A DNA stretch of 64,000 nucleotides, taken from the NCBI RefSeq assembly GCF_006345805.1, contig NC_043019.1:28457360-28521359 (forward strand). Reading direction: 5' to 3'. The stretch comes from Octopus sinensis. Lineage: Eukaryota. The translations under genes and the position numbers were made by a program. Of the stretch, positions 1 through 13,975 are shown piece after piece. Positions within the stretch are counted from its first letter, which is position 1, and each line of letters starts with the position of its first letter. Below the pieces are notes generated by a model that saw only the letters and a program-made list of their open reading frames with translations, was not told the origin of the DNA and ran no database searches.

Positions 1-1261
1 ATTTTCTTTTGCATATAAAAAACAGTTTATGGAAGGTTTCTTTTTTCAAAAGAAATTCTTTATAAATGCATAATAAAGTAACTTTCTAAGAAGTTTTATG
101 AATAAATAGATTTACAAAACTTTTACTTACCATATTCCGGTTGAAATACACAAACTTTGCTTCAATTCCTTTTGAGAATAATGAAGAATTTAGTAAAATA
201 ATTTTGTTATTATTAAGTTGGTGTTCAGAACTTAAATTTACATGAAATTTCGATGGCAACTTTAATATTGATCACTTTAAAACAAGAAGCTTGCATCATC
301 ATCGTCCCAAGAGCAGTCTTCTGTGTCTGTTTTGGCAGGGCTTTTATGGCTGGATGCCCTTCCTAATACCAACCACCCCACAGAGTAGGCTGAGTGCTTT
401 TTATGTGGCTCCAGTACAGGCAAACATATGGTAACATAAGATGAAGGAAAGGATCATGTGACAAGTTATTACTTTTGCATGATTAACCTATAAGGTCAGC
501 TCATATTTTTTAAATGAGAAATAATAATTAGAAGTCGTTCTCATTCTGCTTCACACTCATTGAATAAATTAAAAAATATTTTCAAAAAATAAATTTTGAT
601 GCAAAACTATTTGTTGCAATAAATTAAGTAAATCTAAAACAATTTATAAATATGAAACTTACTATCATAAATAAGAACATGAATTATATTGTGTCACAAT
701 ATCCCTAAAGCTGATGCTTCATAGTCCAGAATTACTGATGACAGCAATGTCCAAGAACATAGATTTCATTGAAGATTTCATTCGAGAGGCACAAGCATGG
801 CTGTGTCATAAGAAGTTTGCTTCTCAACCACGTGGTTGTGTGGTCAGTACTACCATATAGCACCTTGAGCAAAGGTATTCCATTATTACTTCAGACTGAC
901 CAAAGCCTTGTGAGTGAATTTGAATGCCAGAAACTGAAAGAAGTCCACCATGTGTGTAGCTTTGGACATCCACATACAGGACTTCAAGTTTCTGTGTCAA
1001 CAATACAATGATTGACACACCTTTATTGTGTGTTTGTCACTGGACATATGAGAACTGAAGAAGTGCAGTGATCCTTGTATCATTGAACCAGAAACTTGAA
1101 GTTCTGTACGTGAGTCTCCATAACTGTATTATTCAATGAATATAGCCCTCTATTAACAACAATATTGAGGTCTACAACTTTTGTTCTCGTGCATAGTTTG
1201 TCAATATATATATATATGTATGTCTGTATGTCATTATTTGGTTTTATTTTAAGATTTCTTG

Positions 1262-1769
1262 CTAAAAGAGGAAGAGCTGGTTTCTAACCTCAATCCAGGG
1301 CTCCTCCATTGCAGCAAAAGTAGTACCTTCTTCTTGGTTATGAATAAATTCTCCAATTGAATTTGCTATGCTGTCTGACAAGAACGAACCTGAAGTATTT
1401 TCAAACTTCTTCAACATTATTTCCAGTAACTGTTGGTATTGTTGTTGTTGCTGTTGTAGCTGTAACAACTGTTGTTGCTGATATTGTTGCTGTTGCAACT
1501 GTACCATGCGAGCCAACAAGTCTTCCATATTAATGATTTTTTTCTTTGGTTTCGTATATCTCGTAGCCACTTTTATTATCCTTGACACATGCTGGATATA
1601 TAATTTACACAGCGGGGGTTTAATCGGTGTGTTCACACGAAGTACTTCGTAAAACTACCAACCGCTCACCCCCGACTACTACTGACCTCTACTCTTTATA
1701 AGAATTCAGCTAGTCCATTCTTCCAATTCCTCAGGGGTGTCAATGACTCTCACCACAACATATTTAACA
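1262..1769 (-). mobile_element. Ty3/Gypsy retrotransposon 5' fragment: LTR-like segment, PBS-like TGGCTACGAG, start of Gln-rich Gag
   Basis: TG start at 1769, PBS-like motif at 1560-1569, ATG at 1528 giving MEDLLARMVQLQQQ...DSIANSIGEFIHNQEEGTTFAA, like Gypsy Gag N-termini; truncated. Confidence 0.6.
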
Positions 1770-1974
1770 ATGAAATCAATTGATGTTTTATATTTGCATA
1801 TATTTCCATTGAATGTAATTTTGCAATCTCAAGTAATGTTATCATAATTTCTTTGTTAATTGGTAACTGTAAAATTAAGCAAATAAAATGTCTATACATT
1901 TACAGAGTTATAGAGAGAAACAGCTGTGTATTGCAGTGGTTATATTCTGTAAAAGGAGTAAAGGAGTAAAGATC

Positions 1975-2270
1975 CCCTTCGGTCACGAATGACCATAGGA
2001 TTGTGCTTAGAAAGTTCCCCTCTGAGGTACAAGTCTGGGCAAGGTTGTTTATGGAAGACAAGCAGTTGCCCCATGCATACCAGCCTTCTCTCTCCCCATT
2101 ATCGATGTTATCCAAGGGAAAGGCAAAGGCCGATATAGCTTGGCGCCAGTGATGTCGCAACTCATTTCTACAGTTGAGTGAACTGGAGCAATATGAAATA
2201 AAGTGTCTTGCCCAAGAACACAACACACAGCCCAGTCCAGGATTTGAATTCACTACCGCATGATTGCAAG
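1975..2270 (-). mobile_element. tRNA-derived SINE (family E; also at 20847-21182)
   Basis: Two related copies in the window with a tRNA-like head on the minus strand. Confidence 0.7.
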
Positions 2271-3786
2271 CCTGAAATAACTGTCCACTGTGATGACTTA
2301 TACCGTGAAATAGCTATATATAGAGATATTTATATTTTGAAAAAACTGAGTGTTGATATAACTTTGCAGTAAAATAGCTCATATTGAACGAACTATACAT
2401 TAAAATACTTACACATTAAGATATACTGTTAATATTATGACTTAAGAAGAAAGCAAGTTGGCAGAATTGTTAGCATGCTGAGAAAAATGTTTAATGTTAT
2501 TTTGTCCGTCTTAATAGTCTGAGTTTAAATTCTACCAAGATCAGCTTTGCCTTTCATTAACAAAAAGGTACCAGATAGAATAAGTACTGGGGTCAATGTA
2601 AATTGACTTGCCCCTTCCAAGAAATTACCGGCCATCTTTCAAAATTTGGCAGTGAGCTGGCAGAACCATTACCACACTGGGCAAAATATGCTTCACAGCA
2701 TTTTGTCCACCTTTATGTTCTGAGTTCAAATTCTGCCACGGTCAACTTTAATTTTCGTCTTTTCAAGGTCAAGAAGACAATGCTCTACCTCTCTGGGAAT
2801 CAAAACCCTGATATTGCAATCATGAATTCAATACTCTAAGGTGAGCCTTCATGAAATTATTATACAGGGATTATATACTGAAATAGTTTTTTAGTAATGT
2901 AGTTAGATATTGAAGTAGTTATGCAGCAAATGCTGAAGTAGCTATACAAGGATGTAATTGTAGAGATGTAGTTATATACTAAAATGGTTATACAGAGAAG
3001 TAGTTATACAATTATTCTGGGCCAGATTTAAACTCTGTGGGGTTGCTCGGCCAATACGTTTTGGGGCCCCTATTATTTTGTTAATTCAAAACATAGTAAG
3101 ATATTAAAGAGGATCCCATTAAATCTAGGGATCTCAAGCACCTTGAATAAGCCCCAAAACTTAAAGTGCTTTAGTAGATTCAGAGGTATTTAATTAAATT
3201 TAATGACTTTTTGCATCTAAAAAGGCCCAATGAATCAAAAGAGGATTCAATAATTGGGCTAAAAATTTAGTAGTTATACCATTTTGCTGGGCCATATTTA
3301 GACCTTGTAGGGCCCCTGGGTTTACAGATTTTGCAGGGCTCCTACAATTTTGCTAATTCAAAATATAAGATAATAAAGAAAGCCTCTTTAAATCTGGGGA
3401 CCTCATACAGTTTGAAAAGTATTTTAGTTATACTAAAATCTAGTTACAACCTGAAATATTAATACAGTAAAAATTCTAAAGTAAGTATTTAGTAGCCTTC
3501 ATGGTTTTAAGTCAGAAATACAATGCATTAATGATTTTCAAAATACATTTCCAAAAAGGAACACATAAATATAATACAGTTCAACTTACTGTATAGGAAG
3601 GAATAATTCAGTTCTGATAATGTGCCGTAAATGTTGACTGTCTTTTCAGAAATGGTTTTATCTGTGTGCTTTAATTATTGTTATCATGTCTTATTAACTA
3701 GGCTGTTCTTTATATTTGTAATACACCCTCTGCACATGTGAAATAAGTAAATATATAAATAACATCAACGATAATAATTGTAATGA

Positions 3787-6050
3787 TTTTTTTTTATTTG
3801 CTACCTGGGCGAAGGATGAGGGGGGGGGGCAATACAAAGACAGACATAAAGTGTCTGGGGGTTTATGTACAATGAAATGATTAAAAAAAAATAAGAAAGA
3901 GAGAAAAGTATAAATGGTATACAATAAAAGAAGGGAAGTATACATAGTATATGACAGTGAGAGAGGGGAAGGAAAAAGATGATAGTGATGTGACCCTCCT
4001 TATACAGGAGGACCCCTAGGGATAATCGAGGAACCCCACCATCCAAAATCTCCCTGAATGCCAAGGACAAGTGCCCTCGCCAATTCCTTTCCTCTGACTC
4101 ACAGGTCTACACTTAGAGTGGTACCATCCACTCTTGCCATTTTTGTAACTTTCCCTCACCTTTCAATAAAGTCACCCGAGGACAGCACCTTTGTCTCTGC
4201 CCTCACTTTCCTTTACAAGTGGAACTTGAAAAATTCGATGAGGGCTCTACCAAAGAGGACTGTCTCTGTCCTCATTCCTTTCAACCTCTTTTGCCACTGC
4301 TGTCAGCCAAATGAAGACTGCCTTGCCTGCCCGATTGAAGAAGGGCAGCAGGGCAATTCATCAGAATGGACTTTAGTCCCAGCTCTCTCTATGATATATC
4401 GCATAAGGTGGAGGTTGTAGTAGATAGACCTGCTTAGAACTGAGCATGTTTGCGCTTCCCCGACCAGACTACAGACAACAAGCATCGACCTTTTTGTTAA
4501 CACCTTGGCCAAAATCTTAAACAATCTGCATTTAGCATATTTATGGGCTGAATATTCCGTAGTATGTCCTCAAATTCAGCATCCTTTCTCAGCAGCATTA
4601 CCACACCAAAGCTAACTACTGGGAATTCTCCCATTCTGCTTCCAGTTACAGTAGACCTCTGTCAAGAGGTTGCCAAACAAATCTGGCATGATTGCACAGA
4701 ATTCATTGGGCAAACCATCCGAATAGGGTGATTTGCGACTTGTGTAGTAGCTCATTGCCTCCCGCATTTCTGTAGCCATTATCAGTTTTTCACAGTATCT
4801 TATGTCTGTTGCAGAGAGCCATGGTAGGCCGTCCAGGTACGAAGTAAAGTCCACTACCATCTTCAACCTATCACCCTACCCAAGCAACCACACGAAGTGC
4901 TGCTGGGAAGTCGCACACATTTGCTCAGAACTGACTAGCATGTACCCATCCTGATCTGCCAAAGACCTGATCATAGTTTTGTTGCCACATTGTGTCTCTA
5001 CTGTTCGGGTCCATTGACTTTAGTTCCTTCGTGCAGCGCATGAGCCTTAACTCACACAACGTATCCTTTGTGTTTCACCCCAAAGAAATGGCCAAGGGAC
5101 ATTCTTGCTGCTAGCACGTCAGTCATGATGCTGTTATTAATCACCTCTTCTAGTTTGCTAACTAGTTTTCTCTCTAATCTATTTCTTTCTATTGCCAACT
5201 CTATGCTAAACACCATCAATTCTACTCTAATCGCTCTCCTAAGGATGATCCACCACCAGTTGTTGACATTTCCCTGTTAACTGCCACTTAACTAATTCAC
5301 TAATCCAGCCTCTGTAGTCTTTGCATGCCAGTAACGTCGCGTTCCTGTCTATGGGTCCTATCTAAAATGACTGTGCATATCACAAATTTGTGCTATGCGT
5401 AGCCGACTAATTTAAATTGTGGAAAACCTACACTACTCCTATCCTCTGACCAAGCAAATACTCTATCTAGACACGATCTGTATGATCCGTTGTGGTTGTT
5501 CCATGACCACATTGGCACATCAAGGAAATCTAGTCGGTACCTGTTAGACAGTTGGAAATTTCTGAGCAGGTTTTCGAGGATTTTACACCTCCTTCTGCTA
5601 TGTATTAGAAACACACAGTCCTTCTGTGCAACCAAAATACAATTCCAGTCCTCCACTAGTACTAGAGTGCAAGATGTTCCCAAGAATGTTTCTAGGTGCT
5701 TGAAAAAATCTGGCCTTCTAGTCCCGTCGGGGGACATAAACAGCTACTAGTCTAAAGGCGCCATTTCCACTGCCATTCACGTCTAGGACCGCCACCTTAC
5801 CGTCCGGGTCCAAGAAGATTGCCTGTACTTGGAGATCTAAGGATTTTCGGGAATAGCATTGCTACACAGCCACCTGCTCCTAATAGGTCGCAAGGTGAGA
5901 ATATAGTTGCTAGAGCATGCTTTGTAGAAATTCTTGTTTCACTAATGGCAGACACATCCAAATCAAGCAATCTGAGATCATTGAGCAAGTGACCTTGCTT
6001 TCAAGCTGATCTCAGGTCATACACATTCACACATCCTACTCTCAGTACAA
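3787..6050 (-). mobile_element. Degenerate L1/Tx1-like LINE (APE endonuclease and RT remnants)
   Basis: Broken peptides LDVSAISETR, LVEDWNCIL, SCLDRVF, RKSPYSDGLPNEF, ILAKVLTKR; ends in AATAAA plus A-tail near 3787. Confidence 0.75.
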
Positions 6051-6289
6051 TCATGCTAGTCAGAGAAAGAAAAAGGAGTCACCATGATTTTTGAGAAACC
6101 TGTGTTTCACCCATATGCCCTGTCTCACTGCATCATTGATATATGAGCATCCCCGACCTGTGTGTTCTACCCACATGTAACAAGAAACCTTATTACACAC
6201 CCTACCCCAACAAATCAATCTACATCTCTACATCTCTTCACTTCCTCACATTTCTTCCTTCATACACCGTTCCTCTGTATCCTTGCTAT

Positions 6290-6700
6290 CCAGTAGTCTC
6301 TACACCTGGTTTTTAGACGTGGAAGCAAGGTCCTCAGTGCCCTCTTGTTCATCTTAGTCCTTCAGGCAATAACAGAAGAATTTAAGACAGGCTACCTCTA
6401 AGCTGATGACCTTGTTCTTATAGCTGAATCACTACTAGAACTAGAGAAGAAATTTTAGACGTGGAAGCAAGGTCTAGAATCAAAGGTCTTAGAATTAATC
6501 TAACAAAAACCAAAATCTTAGTAAGTAGGAGAGCAGACAAATCACAAATCTTTTCAGGTAGATGGTCCTGCTCAATCTGGAGAAAAGGAATAGGTAGAGA
6601 CTCCATAAGATGTACCAGATGTAAGCTATGGACACATTAGAGGTGCAGCAATATCAAAGAAAGGTTAACAGGAAAAATATTTTTTGTGTGTGGAAAGTGC
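6290..6700 (+). mobile_element. RTE-clade LINE RT fragment
   Basis: Translates L*ADDLVLIAESLLELEKKF*TWKQGLESKGLRINLTKTKILV (YADD region). Confidence 0.8.
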
Positions 6701-7949
6701 ACAAGTACAATAAACACTAAAAATGTACAAAAAATAGACTCTATCAAATTCCAGGGCAGAAAACTAGAAGTAGTTGATATATTTAACTATCTACTTATTT
6801 CTGCCTGTGTTCACAAACTGCTGATTCCCACCCTGTTCGTTTCCCACTTAGCTATTAGTCTATCTAATCTTCCACCCTTTATTATGCATTCTTTCTGCTT
6901 CTTTCATCTCTCTCAGCATAGCCATAGCTTTCCCCTTCTAATACGACAGAAAAAGGGTACCAACAAGCAAAAGTCTTAGTATATGTGTGACATGGGCATG
7001 GTAAGAAGTTTGCGTTCCAACCACATGGTTCCCGGTTCTATTCTCATTGCATGACACATTGCACACATGTCTTCTAATGCAACCCAGGGCTGATCAAAGC
7101 TCCATGAGTTAATTTGGTAGATGGAAACTGAAAGAACACTCTTGTATATTTGTATATATATCTGTGTGTGTGTGTGTTCATGTCCTTGTGTTTGTGTTTG
7201 TCCCCCATCACCTCTTGACAACCTCTTGTTTATGTTGCTATAACTTAGCAGTTCAGCAAAGGAGTCTGACAGAATAAATACCATTATGTGGCTGTATGGT
7301 AAGAAGCTTGCTTCCCAACAATATGGTTCCAGTTTCAGTCCCACTGCATGGCACCTTGGGCAAGTGTCTTCTACTATAGCCCCGGGCTGACCCAAGCCTT
7401 GTGAGTGGATTTGGTAGATAGAAAGAAGCCTATTATATGTGTAACTCTTGTTTATCCAACTTAGCACAATCTAATCCTCATTTTATAGTGTTCATAATAA
7501 TAATAATTATCTTTATTATTGTACATTTATTTATCCATTTAGCTACAAAGTTCATCTATTCCATGCTGTATGTTATAGTAAAGTTAAGAAATCCAGTGCT
7601 CAGTTGTCTCTCATTTTACCACTGTAATTATAATTATTGTTCAGTTACTTAATTATCTAGCGACAGGCAGATAGATATGTATATATATCTATGTATGTTT
7701 GTCTGGAGAACTGGTGTTGGTATATTTACATCCCTGTAACTTAGCAATTCAGCAAAAGAGACAAACAGATTAAGTACTAGACTTAAAAATAAGTCTTGGA
7801 GGTCGGTCGATATGTTTGACTAAAATCCATTTAAGCAGTACTCCAGCATGGCCACAGTCAAATGAGTGAAACAAGTAAAAGAATAAAAGAATACAAATAC
7901 TGAGATCAATTTGTCTGACTAAACCCTTCCAGCCTCCAGCACAATGGCC

Positions 7950-8235
7950 CAATGGTTAGGGCAGCGGACTCACAGTCGGAGGATTGCGGTTTCAATTCCC
8001 AGACTGGGTGTTGTGTGTGTTTATTGAGCGAAAACACCTAAAGCTCCACGAGGCTCTGGCAGGGGGTGGCGGCAACCCCTGTTGTACTCTTTCGCCACAA
8101 CTTTTTCTCACTCTTTCTTCCTGTTTCTTGAGTAACACTGCGATGGACTGGCCTCCTGTCCAGCAGGGGGGAACACATACGCCAGAGAAACCGGGAAACC
8201 GGGCCCATGAGCCTGGCTATGCATGATAAGGATGT
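7950..8235 (+). mobile_element. tRNA-derived SINE (family B; also ~14218-14600, 16754-17135, 21417-21700, 25101-25395, 41738-41970)
   Basis: Recurrent head GGCGCAATGGCCCAGTGGTTAGGGCAGCGGAC...TTCGATTCCCAGACC with A/B-box-like motifs. Confidence 0.8.
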
Positions 8236-8574
8236 AAAAAAAAAGCCTTCCAGCCAGTGCTCCAGCATGGCCACAGTCTACTGACGAAAGCAAGTAGAAG
8301 ATAGAAGACATGTTTTAAGGTTATTAGGATAGCACCAACAAAAACCATTTCTGAATGAATAAGACAAATAAATGCGTGGTTTCCCATTTTTTTTACTAAG
8401 CAGTTTTATATGAACTAAAAAAAAGGAAGACAACTTCGTTTTTGGATGAGATTTCATAATAAATTAGAAATTAATGTGATTTTGATGAGAAATGTGACAT
8501 TTAATATACCAATAAAACAGTGAAATCGTATGAAGGCTGCAATTAAAACTTAATAAAGACAAAAATTAAACAAG

Positions 8575-8621
8575 CACCATCACCACCATCATCAACATCA
8601 TTGTCACTATCATCGTCGTCG

Positions 8622-8659
<38 letters not shown>

Positions 8660-8742
8660 GTCATCGTCATCGTCATCGTCATCATCACATTGTCATCATA
8701 GTTATTGTCATCAATGCCGCCACCACCAGTATCATCACCACC

Positions 8743-8776
<34 letters not shown>

Positions 8777-8807
8777 TCACTGGCATCATCATCATCATCA
8801 TCACTGG

Positions 8808-8838
<31 letters not shown>

Positions 8839-8990
8839 TTAGTTCTTATTGTCATCAATGCTGCCACCACCAGTACCACCACCACCACCAGTACCACCAC
8901 CACCACCACCACCACCACCACCAGTACCACCACCACCACCACCACCACCACCACCATCACCACCACCACCACCACCACCGCCACCTACAT
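8575..8990. repeat. Compound (CAT)n/(CAC)n trinucleotide microsatellite
   Basis: Directly visible; source of the poly-His/Ser/Pro ORFs. Confidence 0.95.
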
Positions 8991-9478
8991 CATTATCTTT
9001 CTTTTTTATGAGATTGAACAGGTTGCCACATTCCAAGTCAGTTTTTAGCACAAAGTCATTGAACCCACCTCACCCCCACCCCCAACTCCAGCCAGATCAG
9101 AGAACTACATATTCCTCATACTTTCCATTTTTGTTGTTTCTAGAGCTGGATACCCTTTCTAACATCCATCACTACACCAGTGATTGGGGGGTGGGGAGTG
9201 TTAGTCCGCTAGTTCACATTACTCTTTAAGGAACGTAGGGCCATTCTCTCAGTTTCTCTGGTGTATATATTCCTCCCTGGATGGGACGCCAGCCCATTAT
9301 AGGATTACTCATTTTTACCAGATCAGTGGACTAGGCAGAGTGAAATGAAGTGTCTTGCTCAAGAACATAATGCATCACCCAGTCCAGAAATCGGAACCAC
9401 AGTCTTATGACCATAAGTCCAACACTCTAACCACTAAGCCACATGCCTCCACACCAATCACTGAATGGCTGCTATTGT

Positions 9479-9707
9479 TTAACCCTTTTATTAGCAACCT
9501 GGCTGAAACTGGCTCTGGCCCTGAGTACAAATGTCTTGTTTTCAAAAGTTCTGAATTAAAATCTTCCACCAAACCTTAGTCACAATTTATGTTCCTAACT
9601 TTAGCTTAATGATAACTAAGTTATTTTACTAAATTCTTTGTTATATTTAAAATTAATTGAAAGAAACACAGAGCATCTCAAAATAAATACAGTAATGAAA
9701 GGGTTAA
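9479..9707 (+). mobile_element. piggyBac-type MITE (reverse copy at 28243-28472)
   Basis: TTAA|CCC...GGG|TTAA termini; second copy in opposite orientation. Confidence 0.75.
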
Positions 9708-10444
9708 GTGTATAAATGCAGAGAGATGGCAAAATAATTAGCACTGTGGGAAAAAATGCTCAGTAGCCTTTCAGTTGAACCATTACATTCTGAGTTCAAA
9801 TGCTGCCAAGGTCAACTTTGCCTTTAAAATTCTACAGGGCCAATAAAATACAAGGGAGTGCTGAAAAGTTCCTGGTTTGGATAAAAGAAAATACAGGAGG
9901 CTCAGTTATTTATGATTTTATTCAACATATTCCCCTCTCAGATTCACACCCTTATTGCAGCAGTCCTTCAGTTTTTCTAAGCCCTGTTAAAGAACTTGGA
10001 AGGTTGGGCCTCCAGCCAGGCCTTTTATGATACCCTTAAAGTCAGTAACTTCTTAGCACCTCCTTGTAAATACCAGTCAAGCACTGGAACCAATGGAATC
10101 AATTAGTCATGCCAGAGATGAAATGCTTATTTCAGCAAAATAAATTATTATTGTTATTTGTTTGGAGATTCTTGTTCCCACTATTTTCCTTTCCACGACT
10201 ATGTAAGGAATTGTGAGGCACCCAACCAGTGCCAACCTCATTTCCTACAAACCGAAGCCAGGTATTCATGTCACAGTATTTGCTCAAGACATCTAGCATG
10301 GAAGAATTGCATCAGTCTGAGCTAGTCAGCTGACCAGGTAATAATGAATGGAGGCTAATTCCAGGATATTGGGTTTGAAGAACTGCTTATTGCTTATGAT
10401 TTGGCAAAATGTAGATATACAGGCAAGCCTGGGTTTATGCTAGT

Positions 10445-10875
10445 TTGATTTATACCTATTTCTATTTCTTTACTACCCACAAGGGGCTAAACACAGAAGG
10501 AACAAACAAGGACAGACGAATGGATTAAGTCCATTACATCGACCCCAGTGTGTAACTGGTGCTTAATTTATCGACCCCAAAAGGATGAAAGGCAAAGTCA
10601 ACCTCGGCGGAATTTGAACTCAGAACGCAGTGGCGGAAGAAATACCTAATTCTTTACTACCCACAAGGAGCTAAACACAGAGAGGACAAACAAGGACAGA
10701 TGGATTAAGTCGATTATATTGACCCCAGTGTGTAACTGGTACTTATTTAATTGACCCTGAAAGGATGAAAGGCAAAGTCGACCTCAGTGGAATTTGAACT
10801 CAGAACGTAGCGACAGATGAAATCCCTCTAAGCATTTCGCCTGGCGTGCTAACGATTTTGCCAGCTCACCGCCTT
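10445..10875 (-). mobile_element. SINE family C, often tandem (also ~12480-12940, 22100-22475, 24203-24432 (+), 26700-27100, 46630-46985, 47400-47825, 57400-57690)
   Basis: Shared core CTTTGCCTTTCATCCTTTCGGGGTCGATAAATTAAGTACCAG in many copies. Confidence 0.85.
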
Positions 10876-10989
10876 AGTTTGATTTATACTAATTAACAAA
10901 TAATGCTAGTTTGAAATTTTCCTCAAGTTTGTTCAAGTTTTCACTGCTGTGTTAAAAGAGAAACTTCAACTAATTAACACAAACTGACC

Positions 10990-11365
10990 TTTTAAAGTGA
11001 AATTATTGTATAATAAGAGGGCAAAAACGAATAGCAATGTCAGATAAGAAATTAGTGAATCCAAGTATTTAAATTGTCTCAGAAAATCGTGATGAGCCAT
11101 AACTTTATAAGATTATATACAATTCATAAAATTATATGCAAGTCATACAGGTCTCTGAATGAAGAAGGGAGTGACCTACCTAGTGTTTGTAGGGCTATGA
11201 ATCTACTTCCATTGACTGTAACAAGGATCAGGAAGAATGCAAAGGAAATAAAACGTTTGATGCAGCAAGCTATTGATGTGATGCGAGTGAGTTATTCTTA
11301 TGGGAAATTAGTAGAATTGATGGAACTCTTCATGTTGTGGGTGGAAGATGGAAAGCAGAGTCAAG
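10990..11365 (+). mobile_element. pogo/Tigger transposase relic (CENP-B-type HTH N-terminus)
   Basis: ORF 11074 peptide EEGSDLPSVCRAMNLLPLTVTRIRKNAKEIK...LVELMELFMLWVED resembles the Tigger HTH region. Confidence 0.65.
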
Positions 11366-11717
11366 CTATCATTCAGTCCCTTCTGTTACCCTTTTACTCT
11401 TTTACTTGTTTCAGTCATTTGACTGTGACCATGCTGGAGCACCGCCTTTAGTCGAGCAAATCACCCCCAGGACTTATTCTTTGGAAGCCTAGAACTTATT
11501 CTATCGGTCTCTTTTGCCGAACCGCTAAGTTACAGGGACGTAAACACACCATCATGACTGCACATATGCACACATACACACACACACATATATATATATA
11601 CGTGCACGCAGCCATGCACACGGGTCTGTCACAATGTTATTAACACGTCTTTTGGTAAACAACAACGGGTAAATTCTTTTATATTATTTATTCAATTACC
11701 CAAATCATTAAAATATC

Positions 11718-11920
11718 ATGGAGATGTACTTGCATAGCAAGTGACCTGATCTGAGATTGTTTACTGAAATAAAAACAATTGCAGTATGGAAGGTGTTTAT
11801 AAGCCATTTAAAAACACAAAAATCATTAGATTCACTTCAACATTTAAATTTAATTTGTCAAAATATTTTCCTCGCTTTGAGACCACAACCTGTTCACTGA
11901 CAAAATTCTATGCTGCATCA
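11718..11920. mobile_element. Unclassified ~200-bp interspersed repeat (family F; also 19920-20213, 32455-32660)
   Basis: Three copies starting GGAGATGTACTTGCATAGCAAGTGA, with a subterminal hairpin ACTTGC-ATA-GCAAGT. Confidence 0.75.
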
Positions 11921-12312
11921 TTCAAATATTACCACCAACAAATTATGAAACAACATGTAACATATTTAGCCAAACAAGATAAAGGGATTGTGATTTTTTT
12001 TCTAATCATGTTCCTGTACTTTTATTTTATGTTATGTGCAAACAAACAATCATGTCATGATGGTTCAGAAGCACTTACAATTTGTAGGCACGTGATATTA
12101 TGTTATGCAGCCATAATAAAGTATATTAAACGTCTTTATAAGTCAATACCTTGTTCTGCAGTGTTAGTAGAGCACTTTTACATTACTTCTTAAGATTATC
12201 TTTACAGATAATCTATAGAAATTAGAGCCAGCACTAGTTTTCGCTATGACATTTCATATACGAGATGTCAGATGTAAACAGGCAATGAGATAGAAGATGA
12301 AAAACAGATAAT

Positions 12313-12360
12313 AGGTGTACATGCTATATTTCGGAGGTTTTTGCCTCTTCATCAGCACCC
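12313..12360 (-). ncRNA. Type I hammerhead ribozyme motif in a repeat
   Basis: GGGTG-CTGATGA-A-GAGG caaaaa CCTC-C-GAAA-TAT agc ATG-TA-CACCT: stems I, II and III all pair; predicted GUA cleavage at 12318/12317. Confidence 0.65.
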
Positions 12361-13779
12361 ACCAAACCCATTAATCATCCTCAAACACATTGCATATATA
12401 TATCCACTATATCTAGTGGTGTGTAGTTATTGGATATAGTAATTTACATATTAAACGCATTCCTGGAATTGGTACTTAAATGGTTATTTCTTTTATTGTC
12501 CACAGGGGGTTAAACATAGCGGGGACAAACAAGGACAGAGAAAGAGATTAAGTCAATTACATCGACCCCAGTACGCAACTGGTACTTAATTTATTGACCC
12601 TCAAAAGGATGAAAGGCACAGTCAACCTCGGCGGAATTTGAACTCAGAACAAAATACCCGCAGACGAAATACTGCTAAGCATTTCACCCGGCGTGCTGAC
12701 AATTCTTATTTCTTTATTGCCCACAGGGGACTATACATAGAGGGGACAAACAAGAACAGACAAAGGGATTAAGTCGATTACATTGACCCCAGTATGCAAC
12801 TGGTACTTAATTTAATGACCCCCAAAATGATGAAAGGCAAAGTCAATCTCAGCTGAATTTGAACTCAGAACATAACGGCAGACAAAATACCGATATGCAT
12901 TTCACCTGGCGTGTTGACAATTCAGCCAGCTCACCAACCAGAAACTGGTACATAAATGTTAATGACTTATAGGTATGTAGTAATTCATTATGCAGCCATA
13001 GTATACTATGAAGTATATAAACGTTTTTATAAGTCAATATTGTGTTCTCCTGTGTTAGCAGTGCTACTACATTACTTGTTCAGGTCATCTCTACAGATTA
13101 TCATTAGAAATTATAGCCAGAAATGATTGTTGTTGCTTCGTTTTGTATACAAGACATCAACTGTAAACAAACAATGAGATCAAAGATGAGAAAAGGGTAA
13201 TGAGTGAATATGCCATATTTCAGGATTTTTTTCCCCGCTTCATTGGTACCCATCCAACTCTTTGATCACCCTCAAGCACATTGCAAAAATTAGTGCTGGC
13301 TATAATCTCTACAGTATTATCTGTAGAGATTAACCTTAACAAGTAATCGCAAAGAAGTATGCCTTGTGACCACATTCTTATACGTTCAATTCCCCCTTGG
13401 CAACATACAGGGTCAATATTCTCTACAATTGAATTGTCACTCAAATTTAGTTGATGAATGCTATTTCTAATATATATATACACACACACAGCATCATCAT
13501 CATCATCATCATGAACATCAATGACACACTGCCAACTATCGAACTCCTGAATTTACAATCATGATCCAAGCACCCCAACCACTAAGTCATACACCTTCAC
13601 ATATACATATATATGCCTATATATCTGTACATACATATATGTGTGTTCATATATATATATAGATACATATATATACATATATCTTAAATCTTAGGGAATA
13701 ATAAGTATTCCAGGTTATCGGGATGTTTACTATTTTACACTTAACTAATGCTATGCAAACAGTATCATATATAATATTA

Positions 13780-13941
13780 TTACAAATTTGTAATAATATT
13801 ATATATATTAGAACATCTATCTATCAATGTGTGTGTGTGTATTTGTGTGTAAATATATACATATATATATGTGTGTGTGTATGTAACGTATATATACATC
13901 CATATATGTATACATATACATACACATATATGCATACATAC

Positions 13942-13975
<34 letters not shown>

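Noticed and set aside
7950-8030. tRNA-like sequences at SINE heads
   Set aside because: They continue into SINE bodies and do not give a complete cloverleaf; not called as tRNA genes.
8601-9229. Poly-His, poly-Pro, poly-Gly and poly-Val ORFs (also 16097-16582, 30167-31160, 36248-36608, 51129-51559, 54103-54509, 60246-60762)
   Set aside because: They are translations of microsatellites in several frames with no splice or domain support.
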